A DNA stretch of 64,000 nucleotides from Octopus sinensis (taxonomy: Eukaryota): contig NC_043012.1 in NCBI RefSeq assembly GCF_006345805.1, positions 49,724,001 to 49,788,000 on the forward strand, given 5' to 3'. Shown in pieces: positions 24,083-36,993 of the stretch; positions within the stretch are counted from its first letter, which is position 1; every line of letters starts with the position of its first letter. Below the pieces are notes generated by a model, which was given only the letters and a program-made list of their open reading frames with translations, was not told the origin of the DNA and ran no database searches. A program made the position numbers and the translations under genes.

Positions 24083-25525
24083 TATGCTGTTGCTGCTGAT
24101 AATACTACTATTGGTGTAGTAGTAACTATGTCGGTGAATGTGAGGCATTTCCTTTTCCTTCACCTCTTTTGTTTGTGAAGGCGCTGTTTTAGTTATTAGG
24201 GGTTTTCGGCTCAAGATCGTAAAGCCATGAGTAAGACTCTTTATTTCACATTGTTCCATTACACCCAGATGGTAAAACAGATTTATACATGTAGATCAAT
24301 GGGCCATTCTGTGTCACACTGAATCCCACTGAGAACTATGTTATGGGTACAGGTGTCTGTGGAATACTTAATCTCGTGGACTTGAATTTTACGAGCAGGC
24401 TGTTCCATTGATCAGAGCAACTGGAACCCACGTCGTAAAGGCAGGAGTGCAGTTTGTGTAGGCAGAAATGTCTAAGACGGTCGATTGTTCCTAAGTCATA
24501 ACGGATATCTACCGTATCAGAGCTAAAATAGTACTGGGGTAAGCAACTACTTTGTAGTGTACTGCGAGAACTTTAATGTTTAATAGGTCCAGCCTTGGCG
24601 TAGATATATACTCGATGATCTGCCATACATCGCGGAGAGCCCTTACTACTTGTGTATTCATGGCTGTCACTACGCGGCGAACATTAAAGACAGCGGTAGG
24701 TTATAATATTTCTGGAAGTTGTAGCAAAAATTTCAACTGAAGGTGCAGGGCCTACCCTTGTTCCTTCAAATTTCCGAAATCGAGCAGCGTCTTCCATTTT
24801 ACCCGGCTTGTCTTCTAGGGATGGCCTCCCATCTCAACACATTGATTTCTATCCTTTTACATCTCGTAATCTCTCTGAGTACCGTTGAATATTTCTGTGT
24901 ATTAGAAACAGTGATGGTGAAATCACAAGCATTTGCTGACACATATTTTCTGAATCCTAGTTTTTCCAGGCTGTTCTTTAATTGTCCCAAGATACTTTAG
25001 ATATCTCAATACTCAGTACATACGGAAATGATGAGGGGCATAAATATTGCTGCTGGATCGAACGCAAGATATAGAATATCATAGATAGGCTGCAGTTCAT
25101 TCTAACCACAAATGACGTCTTACAGCGAGGGGATCTAGTCTTTGATGATGCGGTCAAAGCCAACAGCTGTGAGACCAAGATTGTTGTGCATCGATCTGTT
25201 TGGGCTAATAACTTCGAGAGCCAACATCTTTGCGAAGACGTTGGTGAAAATCTTAAGTGATTGATTGAAAACTATCAATATTGCGCCCCCTTTCACGGGA
25301 ACTTTATCAGCACTACTACTGCTACGTGACACAAATAAGTGAGAAGATTACTACAAGTATAAGATTTGCTGTAGATATCTACCAAGAGGTCGCCATAAAG
25401 TCAGTCATATAAGCGTAAAGCTTGTAGTGTGTTCAGCCTCCAGCATCTGGGTTCCCGTATATGGCACCTATCATGATGGAATTCACAGATTAGGAAATTT
25501 AAACAATCCAGAACAAAAAACAACA

Positions 25526-25599
<74 letters not shown>

Positions 25600-25643
25600 A
25601 TGGTAGTAGTAGTAGTAGTAGCAGCAGCAGCAGCAGCAGTAGA

Positions 25644-25707
<64 letters not shown>

Positions 25708-26087
25708 TCAGCGAGCACAATGAGACAGTTGACCACATCATTCCGACTGTCCAGCCTTTTTCCAAATCTGAATGTATATAGACATGACCGAATAAGTAGT
25801 TATATCCACTGGACAATATGCCAACACTAGGACATAAAACTGGCAAGAAAATTATATAAACCTGAGACAAACATGGTACATGGCAATGACAATCACTCTA
25901 ATAATGAATAAACAAAATGTGGAACCTAAAATCACAAGCAATCCCTATAATAATAGGAGCATTATGTATGACGAAAAAGAACAGAAAAATATACAACGAG
26001 GTGCAGCAGGACTTACAAATACATATAGCATATAGAAATAGCACTACTGACACCGCACACATCATCCGTAAATACTTTCAATTGAGT
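25708..26087 (+). pseudogene. Dong/R4-clade LINE fragment (CCHC knuckle + restriction-like endonuclease C-terminus, internal deletion)
   Basis: ETVDHI...YRHDRISSYIHWTICQH and MWNLKSQAIPIIIGAL...TAHIIRKY; immediately preceded by (AAT)n. Confidence 0.8.
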
Positions 26088-26258
26088 GAAAATAACACCA
26101 AAAGAAAATGCTGTAGATACTCAAGGCAAACAAAGCTGCAGTCTGTGGTGCAATGAAAAACAACATACAAAGAAGGATCTTGAATAATTATGATGATGAT
26201 GATGATGACGACGACGACGACGACAACAACAACAACAACACTAATAATAATAATAATA

Positions 26259-26305
<47 letters not shown>

Positions 26306-26339
26306 AATAATAATAGTAATAATAATAATGATAAATAAT

Positions 26340-26840
26340 CTTGTATATTGGCTTGCCTCGGTACAAATGATGGGCTACAGCAAATATATTCTGCTCAATA
26401 TCACAGAGTAGCTTGTTATATGAGTTTGATCTTAACCAGTTGAGCATGTCCGTTGGTGGCCGACGATATATGTGCAACTGTGATCAATATCAGAAGTAGT
26501 GGGAGAGCATCAGAGTCATTTGTTGAGAGGAATTCTTTGGAGTTTGCATAATTCACTTCTGGAAACATGGGTGTTTCGTTCAATATCCTTAATAAACCCT
26601 TATTCGAGGACCATTTGAACGCGATGGGCAACTCGAACTGAAGAAAAATTCTAACTGGACCTCATCTGCAAGGTCGTGCACTGTTTATCTTGAAATGAGA
26701 TCAACATATCACGCACATATAGATGTGGTGAATGTGCCTGGTGTACACTTATCGGACGGGTACTCATGATGAGTATACTATATATTTTACCTTAGTGTCA
26801 CTTTGATGCCATGCGCTGCTCTCTCAGCCAATAATAATAA
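26340..26840 (+). mobile_element. ~550-bp (AAT)n-bounded repeat, copy 3 (5' end missing)
   Basis: Aligns to 8160-8629 and ends CTCTCTCAGCCAATAATAATAA. Confidence 0.8.
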
Positions 26841-27004
26841 CAGCAACAGCAACAACAACAATAATAATATTAATGATAATAATAATGATAATGATGATGA
26901 TAATAATAATATTTGCCCTAGGGCACTCGGTTTGTCTCACCATGTGATTGCAACAAACAAAATTTAAAATAAATAACAAAAGCAATGATAACAGCAATAA
27001 TAGT

Positions 27005-27195
27005 GGTTTCGATATTTGGTATAAGGCGATGAATGCGGTGGAGGCGGTAAGTCGATTACATCAACCTTAGTGCTCAACAGGTACTTATTTTATGGACCCT
27101 AAAAGATAGAAAGACCATGACGACCTCGATAGAATTTGAACTGAGAATGTAATGCTGGACAAAATGCTGCTAAGCATGTTTTTGGTATGCAAACG
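27005..27195 (-). mobile_element. Old SINE copy (same family as 43170-43375)
   Basis: AGTCGATTACATCAACCTTAGTGCTCAACAGGTACTTATTT..GACCTCGATAGAATTTGAACTGAGAA matches the reverse complement of the 53731 family. Confidence 0.7.
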
Positions 27196-27204
27196 ATGCT
27201 GCTC

Positions 27205-27830
27205 GAAGAAGAAGAAGAGGCAGAAGAAGAAGAAGAGGAAGAAGAAGAAGAAAGAGAAGAAGAAGAAAAAGAAGAAGAAGAAGAAGAAGAAGAAGAAACA
27301 GAAGAAGAAGAAGAAAAGAAAAAGACGAAGAAGAGGAAGAAGAAGACGAAGAAGAAGAACAAGAACAAGAAGAAGAGGAGGAAGAAGAAGAACAAGAAGA
27401 AGAAAAGAAAAAGAAGACGAAGAAGAAGAAGAGGAAGAAGAAAAAGAAAAAAAGAAGAGGAAATAGAAGACGAAGAAGAGGAATAAGAAGAAGAAAAAGA
27501 AGAGGAGGAAGAAGAAGAAGAAGAAGAAAAGAAGAAGAAAAAGAAGACGAAGAAGAAGAAGCAGAGGAGGAAGAAGAAGAAAAGAAGAAAAAGAAGACGA
27601 AGAGGAAGAAGGAGAAGAAGAAAAAGTAGAAGAGGAAGAATAAGATGGCGATGATGATGTTGGGGATGATGGTGGTGATGTTGATGATGGTGGTGATGAT
27701 GATGGTGGTGGTGATGATGGTGGTGGTGATAATGATGGTGGTGATGATGATGGTGGTGGTAATGATGATGGTTGTGATGATGACGATGGTAGTGATGATG
27801 GTGGTGATGATGATGACGATGGCGATGATG
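27205..27830 (+). repeat. Compound microsatellite: ~440-bp (GAA)n-derived purine tract followed by (GAT/GGT)n
   Basis: Directly visible; it generates the poly-E/K/R and poly-M/V ORFs. Confidence 0.95.
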
Positions 27831-28173
27831 AAAAATTCAGGCAAAAATGTATTTTTAAATTTTTCTTCCTGAATGAAGGCCAACATGAAATCAGTGTTTC
27901 TCTTTATTTTACGTTCTTTGTTCTTTGTCGGAAATGTTAATCGCTGGAAATGCCAATTGTATATGGCGATTGCTATAAATAAATAGCTTACAGGAATAGC
28001 ATATTCTTTTCTATATACTACATGAAACAAGTTACGTTAGTACGAATCACAACTAAAATATAATACCAACAGGAACATTCTGAACAACATCAGAACGTGA
28101 AACGTAATAGATATAACAACAATAACAATATGAAGCATAATATTAAGAAAATGTTGGAAATACATAATTGTAA

Positions 28174-28202
<29 letters not shown>

Positions 28203-28204
<2 letters not shown>

Positions 28205-28538
28205 GAGTGAGAGAGCAGTTCATGCCATCAAAGTGACACTGGGGTAAAATATACGAAGCCCAGTATACCCATCATGACTACCCGTCTGATAAGGGTACAC
28301 CAGGCACATGCATCACAACCATATGCGCGCGACAAGGTGATCTCATATCAAGATAAACAGCACATGACCTTGCAGGTGGGGTCCAGTTAGAATTTTCTTC
28401 AGGTTGAGTAGCCCATCCCGCTCAAAAGGTCCCTGAATAAGGGTTGTTTAAGGATGTTGAAAGAACCACCCATGTTTCCAGAGGTGAATTATTCAAACCC
28501 CAAAGAATCCCTCTCAACACATGGCTATGATGCTCCCC
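28203..28538 (-). mobile_element. ~550-bp (AAT)n-bounded repeat, copy 4 (3' portion, low divergence)
   Basis: Reverse complement of the 3' ~340 bp of copies 1 and 2; (TTA)n on both sides. Confidence 0.85.
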
Positions 28539-28592
<54 letters not shown>

Positions 28593-28785
28593 CATTATTA
28601 TTATTACTATTATTATTATTACTATTATTATTGTTATTGTTGTTGTTGTTTGTTGTTCCTGTTGTTGTTCTCCTCCTCCTCCACCTCCTCCTTCTTGTTA
28701 TTGTTGTTGTCGTTGTTGTTGTTGCTGCTGTTGTTTCTCTTGTTCCTGTTTTTCTCCTCCTATTCCTCCTCTTTCTTATTATTGC

Positions 28786-28842
<57 letters not shown>

Positions 28843-28879
28843 CATTATTATTATTATTATCATTATTATTATTTTTTAT

Positions 28880-29235
28880 ATACTTCTCATATTATTTTTA
28901 TCATCATTTGGGGCAGAAAAATCAATTATCTGGCACTGTCTATTCTCTTTATCCACCACTACTAAATCAGACCTTCTAGCTTCTATTTCTCTGTCAGTCT
29001 GAATGTTAAAGTCCCACAAAATCTTATATTTCTTACTTTCTAATACTTTACTAGGTTCATCTTCATACCATTCATCAGTATGTTCAAATCCTAGTTTTCT
29101 ACAAAGCTCCCAGCGGATTGCTCCCCCTACACTGCCATGTCTTTTCTTGTATTCTTTCTGTACCAGCATGTTACATTCAATTGGAAAGGATGTGAGAACC
29201 TTACACAAAAACATTCACATTCCACTTCCCGGACC
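28880..29235 (-). pseudogene. Dong/R4-clade LINE restriction-like endonuclease fragment
   Basis: ECNMLVQKEYKKRHGSVGGAIRWELCRKLGFEHTDEWYEDEPSKVLESKKYKILWDFNIQTDREIEARRSDLVVVDKENRQCQIIDF, a close match to the R4/Dong RLE pattern (RH..V, WDF.IQTD, RPD, ID). Confidence 0.9.
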
Positions 29236-29614
29236 CTTGTGTTTCATAAAAGAGATCATCATCTCCATCGTCGTCGTCGTCATTGTTATTGTTGTTGTTG
29301 TCAAGGCAGTGTGTTTGAAGAATCATTAGCCAGCGGAACAAAATCTTTTGCGGTATTTCGTGTGGCTTTAAATCATCCCTAGATGAAATTTTGCCCGGGA
29401 CTTCATTACATTTCATCATTTAAGCGCTGATAAAATAAGTAACTGTACAGTACAGGGCTTGATCTAATTGATTTTCCCACTCTGCTGACGTTGCTAGATT
29501 GTTGCCAAAATTTAACGAAATATGTTTCGTTACTAGTTGAGCACTGGTGTCAGTGTACTCGATTACCTCTGCCCGGCAGACTTTCAGGGTTTGTGCTAAT
29601 GTAGAAAGGTTTAT

Positions 29615-29830
29615 TAAGGCACCGAGCTCTACACCGCACTGAAGCGCACAAGATATTTAGCGGCATTTCTTCTACCTTTATGTTCTGAGTTCAAATACCA
29701 CCGAGATGGACTTTGTTTTTCATCATTTCGAGGTCGACCAATTAAGTACCGGTTGACAGGGACTGGGTCGACGTAACCGACTATCCCTTCTACAATATTT
29801 CAGGTTTTGTGCTAAATAGCAGAATGAATT
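29615..29830 (+). mobile_element. SINE of the 53731 family (a second degenerate copy lies at ~29320-29450)
   Basis: GTTCTGAGTTCAAATACCACCGAGATGGACTTTGTTTTTCATCATTTCGAGGTCGACCAATTAAGTACC. Confidence 0.7.
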
Positions 29831-31168
29831 ATTGTTAATATATATTGCGGTGAACTGGCATTTCTTTAAACACCCCGGAGAAAACGCTTTGCGCCTTTTT
29901 TCCGGCATTGTAGACTTTGTTACGTCTAAAATTCCTCTAAGATTTCAAAGAAAAGTTCGTCCATTCGTGTCCTTTCTTTTCTTTGCTCACAAAATGGCCA
30001 TAACTATTTTCTGTGCATGCAAAACCCAAGAACTTGTCATTCCCACGTTTTTGCGTACTTTCTGTGCAAAATATGGACACTCAGATACACCGTGAAAGGT
30101 AATCACCTTCGAATATTCTCAAATTCTAACAATGGGCAAACAGTACTGCTTCATCCAATCTACAATTACAACCTGGGCTCATAAAATTATTCCCCCCATC
30201 TTTTTCTTCAATTATCTTTTCCAGGATGAACTCTTCTTACCATTCCCTATTTTCTTTGTTCTTTTCAATAACAAAGGATGAAGTTTCTGTCTTTTCAAAG
30301 TTTGCTTAGTTTATTTTCTGCATTTCTCCGTTTCTTACATTGGGCACCAACAAATTCGGAGAAACAGTTTTCTCTAGTTATACTGTCTCACCGACGTAAA
30401 TTAAACCTCTTTTTAAGTCTGCAACTTTCCAATATAAGAAGTCCTAAATTGTAATTATTGAATGATTTTCATGACATTCAATATCGATTATGAAAAAAAA
30501 TTTTCATTGTCTGAAAACATTCTTTACAGAAAAGTCTTGTTATTTTTATACTTTTAGTCTCTCTCCAGGACTCCGTAATTCTCATGCGATTCTTCTACTT
30601 AAAATTATTTTCTATTTTCGGCAAGAGGTAAATTTTATTCGAGTTCATTTTATGAATTTTCCCCGTTTCCTTCCCATCACATTAGATTTCTCAATTTCGA
30701 ATGTCTTCCTAATATAACTATAAAATTCTTCTTAAAATTGTGTTCTAAATCACTGTAATATACTGATCGTTGTTCAGAATTTTAGTACAATGAAACTGCA
30801 ACCACCGAACGTTAAAGTCGCCACATGGTTAAAAGGTTAAAATGAAAGAAAACGATACCTACCCAATTCTACTACAATCGCCCATGTAGGTTGATGTGTT
30901 CGAACTTCCGAGAATTCTAGAATTTAAGCTTTTGTCTTCTCTATTCTTTTTCATTTATATCGGTCAGTTTCAAGCTGAGTGTATTTAATAGTCTGTTTCA
31001 ATATTGTAGTGCTTAGAAAACTGATACTGTGGAGATATTCACTAATGGTTATTACTTTACCTCGCTCCTACAGAAGTGTTCTTACTGAACCACTAAGAAC
31101 AAAATAAAAGGTACCCACGCAAAAGTTGTCCAAAAAAATAAAAGAATCTTATTTCATCACAAGCAACA

Positions 31169-31445
31169 ACATGGCCTAGTGGCTAGAGCAGTCACGGGTT
31201 TGAATCTCAGACCCGGCGATGTGTGAGTTTATGAGTGAAACACCTAAGCTCCACGTGACTCCGGCAGAAGGTAACGGTGAACTTCTGCTGATTCTTTCGT
31301 CACACCTTATTCTCACTCTTTCCTCCTGCATCTTACAGCTCACCTGCGACGGACCGGCGTTCCGTCTAGGTGGGGAACGTAGGCCAAGGAAACCGGGAAA
31401 CCGGCTCTGATGAGCCAGGTATGGCTCGAGAAGGAACAAACAACA
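31169..31445 (+). mobile_element. tRNA-derived SINE, 'body B' + tail X
   Basis: ATGGCCTAGTGGCTAGAGCA head; colinear with 63729-64000; ends GAAGGAACAAACAAC. Confidence 0.85.
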
Positions 31446-31555
31446 TCGTGGAGGGTAATGATTTTTCGAAACAATTTGTAAAAGGAAAGAAAATCCTCCG
31501 ATGATCCTTTCGAGAAAATATCTTGTAAAGATGTTCAAGAGAATATAACTTTTCA

Positions 31556-31650
<95 letters not shown>
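31556..31650 (+). repeat. (CAG)n/(CAA) microsatellite
   Basis: About 30 CAG units with two CAA interruptions; no flanking exon features seen. Confidence 0.95.
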
Positions 31651-31652
<2 letters not shown>

Positions 31653-31924
31653 GGCAACGACGGCAGCAACAGTAATATCAAAACAGCTAACACTATGATA
31701 ATAACATTATGCCTTTCTAATTTTACAGGGAGGCGCTAGTCGATAACACAGAACCCACTGCTTGATTGGTACTTATTTTATCGCCCCTGAAAAGATTAAA
31801 GGAAAACTCTAATTCATTGGCATTTGATCTGATAATCTAAAGCGGCGAAATAAATGCTATTCAGAACTTTGTCCAACTCCTTAATATTCACCCAGCCTGT
31901 TGCCGTAACAAAAAAATAACAACA

Positions 31925-32140
31925 ATGGTTTCAAATTTTGGCACAAGGCCTGCAATTTCGTGGGCGGGTTACGTCGGTTACATCTACCTCAGTGCTCAAC
32001 TGGTCCTTATTTTATGGACCCTGAAAGGATGATGGGCAAAGTCGGACGCGGTGGGACTTGAACTCAGAACGTAAACTGGACGAAACACGACTAAGCATTT
32101 TGCCCGTGCTTAACGATTCAGCCACTTCGCTGCCCTGAGA
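31925..32140 (-). mobile_element. SINE of the 53731/43170 family
   Basis: TTTCAAATTTTGGCACAAGGCCTGCAATTT tail; GAAAGGATGATGGGCAAAGTCGGAC..GAACTCAGAACGT. Confidence 0.8.
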
Positions 32141-34478
32141 ACAACTATACCGAGAACAAGAGCAACAACGACAACAACAGCAACAACAACAATAAAAACA
32201 GCAGCAAAAACAACAATAATAATAATAAAAAACAATAATAAAATTGAAAAAATCGTAAATTTTCAAGGAAACAAAAATATAAACAAATAAAAATTGCTAC
32301 AAACATAGAAGCCGTATACTTACCTTACATACACATAGTCATAACGAACGTCGAAACCTCGGGCGTTTCTCCAATATTTATTTAAAATCGAAGCCTCTAG
32401 AGAAAGACTGAGACAATTTTATTTCATCTTCACAAAGAATGTTTGATAAGTTAAAAATAAAAATTAATCAATAAACTAAAATACGTCTATTTTTAAATTT
32501 AACGTTTGTATTTATCACGGACACATTTTTTAAATACGTAACAGTCTATTTTAGTTTTCAGCTTTGTTTTCTCTCAACAAGAAAACATAACAAATATTTC
32601 AGTATAAAAGAAATATATCTCTCCCTAGGCATATTTTGCTCTAGTTTTTTGAATATTTTCAACCTATATACATATTTATTTTTTCACCCAGTTTATTTGT
32701 AAAATATAAAAGCAAAATGGCCGACTTAACTTATTTGACTAGGAAATGATTGTTACTCATAGTTACAGCGTAAATGGCTTTTGTTTGGCAAGGTACTTGA
32801 TGTATAAAGAGTATTACTCAGCTCTTCTCAGGTAATAGCCCTATCAACAGACCGATGTAGTGTCAATTGTTTCATCTACTACAACCTATATGGCTAAAAG
32901 TCTTTAAGACTCACTCAAGGTTTTAGAATCATCTGTAATTATTTACCTTTAAACGCTGCCAAGTGTACAAGAAATATGTTTAAAGGTAACTGAATGGAGA
33001 TAATCAATTGAATTTATTTCTTAGTGTATTGCATACGTTGTGGAATATGACCTTCTATTTTTAAGATACAATGATGCACGTTGAAAAAGATTAAGCAGTT
33101 TGTCCTACCTGGTTGAAATACTGAGGACATTCCTTGTTGGTTGGTAGAGCCACTAGTTGATGTGTGAGTATGTTTGAGTATGTTTGAATTCTTTGAAAGT
33201 GAAATAAAAACGTTTCAGGTATTCTTGAACAAGCCAAACTAAATCGGTAAGCTATATGCTACTAAAAAGCATAAGTGCAATCGATAAGGCATCGAAACTG
33301 TAATGACGTTTTGTCCATAACTGATTGGTGGGTGATGAGCATGAAACGTCCTCTGTCAGTTTTTCCTGTTTTCTAAATGGTCCGTTGTTGTCTTTCGGGC
33401 AGTTTTTTAGCTATGCACACACAAATACATGCGCGCGCCGCGCGCAAGCACGTGTCTCTGTATTTCTTTCCTCATGTATCCTTTCTGTAGAAGAACACAC
33501 CAGGAGGAGCAACCTCATAAACACTATTTGTTTTTATTTTTACCACGTTTCGCATTTTTACATTTTTGTTCCTTATACATGCATATGTCTGTATATGTAT
33601 GTATGTAGGCGTAATATAACCGTATCGTCGAATGATCGGGAACAAATCGTTACATCTGAATGATCGGGTTCCCCCATAATTCGTGTTTTACACACACCTA
33701 TGCGTGATAGCGCCTACTCACACATAATCAATAACAGGAATAGAATTCACAATGGATTTGGAATTATAGAGTAGTTCTCATTGTAGATAAGGTTATAGGG
33801 TGAAATAACTCTATAACATATATACACCCGTATTGCTTAATTTGTTATATAAAAATGTCTTTGAATAAACTTATGTCATTGTTTTAAAAGTAGACTAATG
33901 CATTCTCTTTGTGGGCGATGTAATCAAGCATACGGACACATGTACAAAACCATATCCACACGTGCCAACATACACACACAAATATATACACACATGACAA
34001 TACACGCACTAAAAAAAGCAACAAATTCCGTACGCATACATATCTTCGCTCACCCTCACTTATACACATTAGTAAGCATATATATACAGATGCACTTTTT
34101 TATATCGATAATTTGAGTGTTTTATTATATCCATATGAATATATATTAGTACAAGTAATCCATTTATTTAAGCCGATGCCCAACAGAAATAAAGGAAATG
34201 ACCGTAGAAATTTTTCGGTGTTATGTTTAGTAATTTGTGAAAAATTACGTTAAAAAATAAACTCTGATACATTCGATTACATTTTCGATATTTCCATGAA
34301 GATTCATACTGTTCTACTGCGTTTGTCACGTGAATTCTTACAACTGTTTCTCTTTACATATTTTGAATGCCTTGAACGTAATTTTTGCTATACACATGTT
34401 TACACACAAACATATGTACACGCATTTAGAATATTTGCTAGGAACCATGCACAAAATGTTTTTCTTAAGGCATTCTAA

Positions 34479-34551
<73 letters not shown>

Positions 34552-34954
34552 ATATACATACATATATACATATATACACGCGCACAAACACACACACATA
34601 CAAACACACACACATATATATATGTATGTATATATGTGTGTGCATGTGTTAGTGTGTATGTATATGTGTGAAATTACTTTTATTATATTCCTAATTTATG
34701 TACAAGACCATCAATTCTGAGGAAAGTGACCCAGTCGACACCATTCAGCCTGAAATAATGAAAATAACTCAGACTTCACCTGAATTTTAAACTCAGAGCA
34801 TAAGTGTCTGGAATAAATATCACCAAGCAATTTTCCCGATGCTGTAACGATCCTGATGATTCACCATTATTATTAATCTATAATGAAGTAATAAACAGAA
34901 AATGACATGAGAAAAGGTTCTAAAAATGCAGAGAAAGAAACTGAAAAACTTTTA

Positions 34955-35085
34955 TACATTTCAGGCATAAAGGATACAGTCAAAGAAATGTGTGACTCAT
35001 TAGATCCAGCCTGGTTATCCAAATGTCAGGATCTAACTAGACGCACATTTCTTTGACATTATCCCTCTTTTGCCTGAAATATGTA
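34955..35085. repeat. Imperfect ~55-bp inverted repeat with a ~21-nt loop (long hairpin)
   Basis: TTTCAGGCA/TGCCTGAAA, GTCAAAGAAATGTG/CACATTTCTTTGAC and TTAGATCC/GGATCTAA pair in nested order. Confidence 0.8.
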
Positions 35086-35706
35086 ACGGTATTTTCATGC
35101 ATTCTTAGTAGCTTTCCTTTTCGTTCATTATATTACTTCTATGCTGCAATGCTTCAAGCGAACTATAAGGTTCTTCTTCCACAGTAGAATATTAAAACAT
35201 TAACAAAAAACCCCAAATATTTAACGAAATAGCATTGAAATATTCGGGAAGTTAGACATCATGGGATTGGAAACCCCGTTAGCGATCTTGAATTTCTACT
35301 TCCTATCATGAAAAACACAAAACAAAACAAAGCACGTTTGAAGTGTCATGCCATAGTGGCAAATATTATCAGACACAGTCAATGGTAAAGAAACAAACTG
35401 AATGCTTTGCAGTATGTATTCAATTCAATTCTGTTTTTATTGTCATTGTATACAATTACGATATCTGTCTGTATACGCCAGTGATCTAGTCTCAAAACTA
35501 TATGTAGGGTGGCTTTGCCTTTCATTCGTCGAAGATCGATAGATTGATTTCCCGTATTAGCTAGAAGTCCTCAGCTTCTATATAAAATGTGAGCAAATGA
35601 GATTGGGTGATGTTTATGTCTTCCTACTTTCCGATAAACCACGTAGCGTTAAAGCCATTGCTGCTTTTTCTATAGACACTATCAAGTAGGTATATACATA
35701 CATACA

Positions 35707-35773
<67 letters not shown>

Positions 35774-36363
35774 CATATAATTGTTCTTGTCTCTTGGTAA
35801 TAATACAATAAGAATCATCATCATCGTCGTCATCATCATCATCATGCAGAGTGTCATCGCCCCTACACACTAACCAGCGCCACGCCACTAACATCGCCTA
35901 TAAGAACGGCAATATCACTAGCATCGATACCATTACTGTTATTGTTTTGTTATAGTTGAAGTTTTAGCATCTCTGTAATATATGGTAAGTTCGTAAAGAA
36001 TTTCGATTCCCATTTGGGTAGCGAAGATGACAAAATCTTTAATCACGTAACGCTATTTCCATTGATAATACATGCATACATACATGCATACTCACATGTA
36101 TACGTACATTTTCGCGCGCATACAGATATGTATGTATACACATATATATGCATGTGCGCCTTTGTGTGTGTATGTCTAAGCAAGTATATATACATACGTA
36201 TATATAACATAAATAATATATAAATATATGCATATACACATACATGTATGTACATACCTACATATATACCATACGTATGTATACATATATATATGTATTT
36301 ATATATATATACGTATATATATATATATATATACATATATATATGTATATATATATGAATAAG

Positions 36364-36439
<76 letters not shown>

Positions 36440-36833
36440 TATATGTATATATACAATTTAAACTAGGATCAGTTAAGAGAGATATATCGTAGTTGACAGT
36501 GAAATGAATATAAAAAAAGACAAATTAAGTTGTTTTACATACAATACGAACCAAATTATTAATTTATTGATATTATTTTCCCTTTGGGAGAAGAATAAAC
36601 AAAATCCTTGTGGCAAATGTGTTATGTTGAGTTCGGATAATCTCATGCAAAAGAAATAGTAGAAAGAAAAGTGATGCACTGTGCAGGAAGAGACATCCGA
36701 TTAACAGGAGACATGTGACTGGGGAGAACTGCTATTTCTACATTGTTAAATATAATCAGTAGTGCAGTCATTGTATATCTGTCACCAGACGTGACACACG
36801 CACACACACATACACAATAGACACACACTCATA

Positions 36834-36874
<41 letters not shown>

Positions 36875-36956
36875 ATGTCACAACTTAATTTATAAAATTC
36901 AAACGAAAATATACGAAGAGATATGGTTCAGTGAGATTATCTCTCCGTGTTTCTCT

Positions 36957-36993
<37 letters not shown>

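Noticed and set aside
27170-28030. Longest ORF (286 aa, minus strand)
   Set aside because: It lies almost entirely over the GAA and GAT/GGT arrays; low-complexity artefact.
29900-30845. Possible piggyBac relic (Cys-containing minus frames, AAAGGTTAA end)
   Set aside because: No matching left TIR/TTAA and no convincing cysteine-rich-domain spacing.
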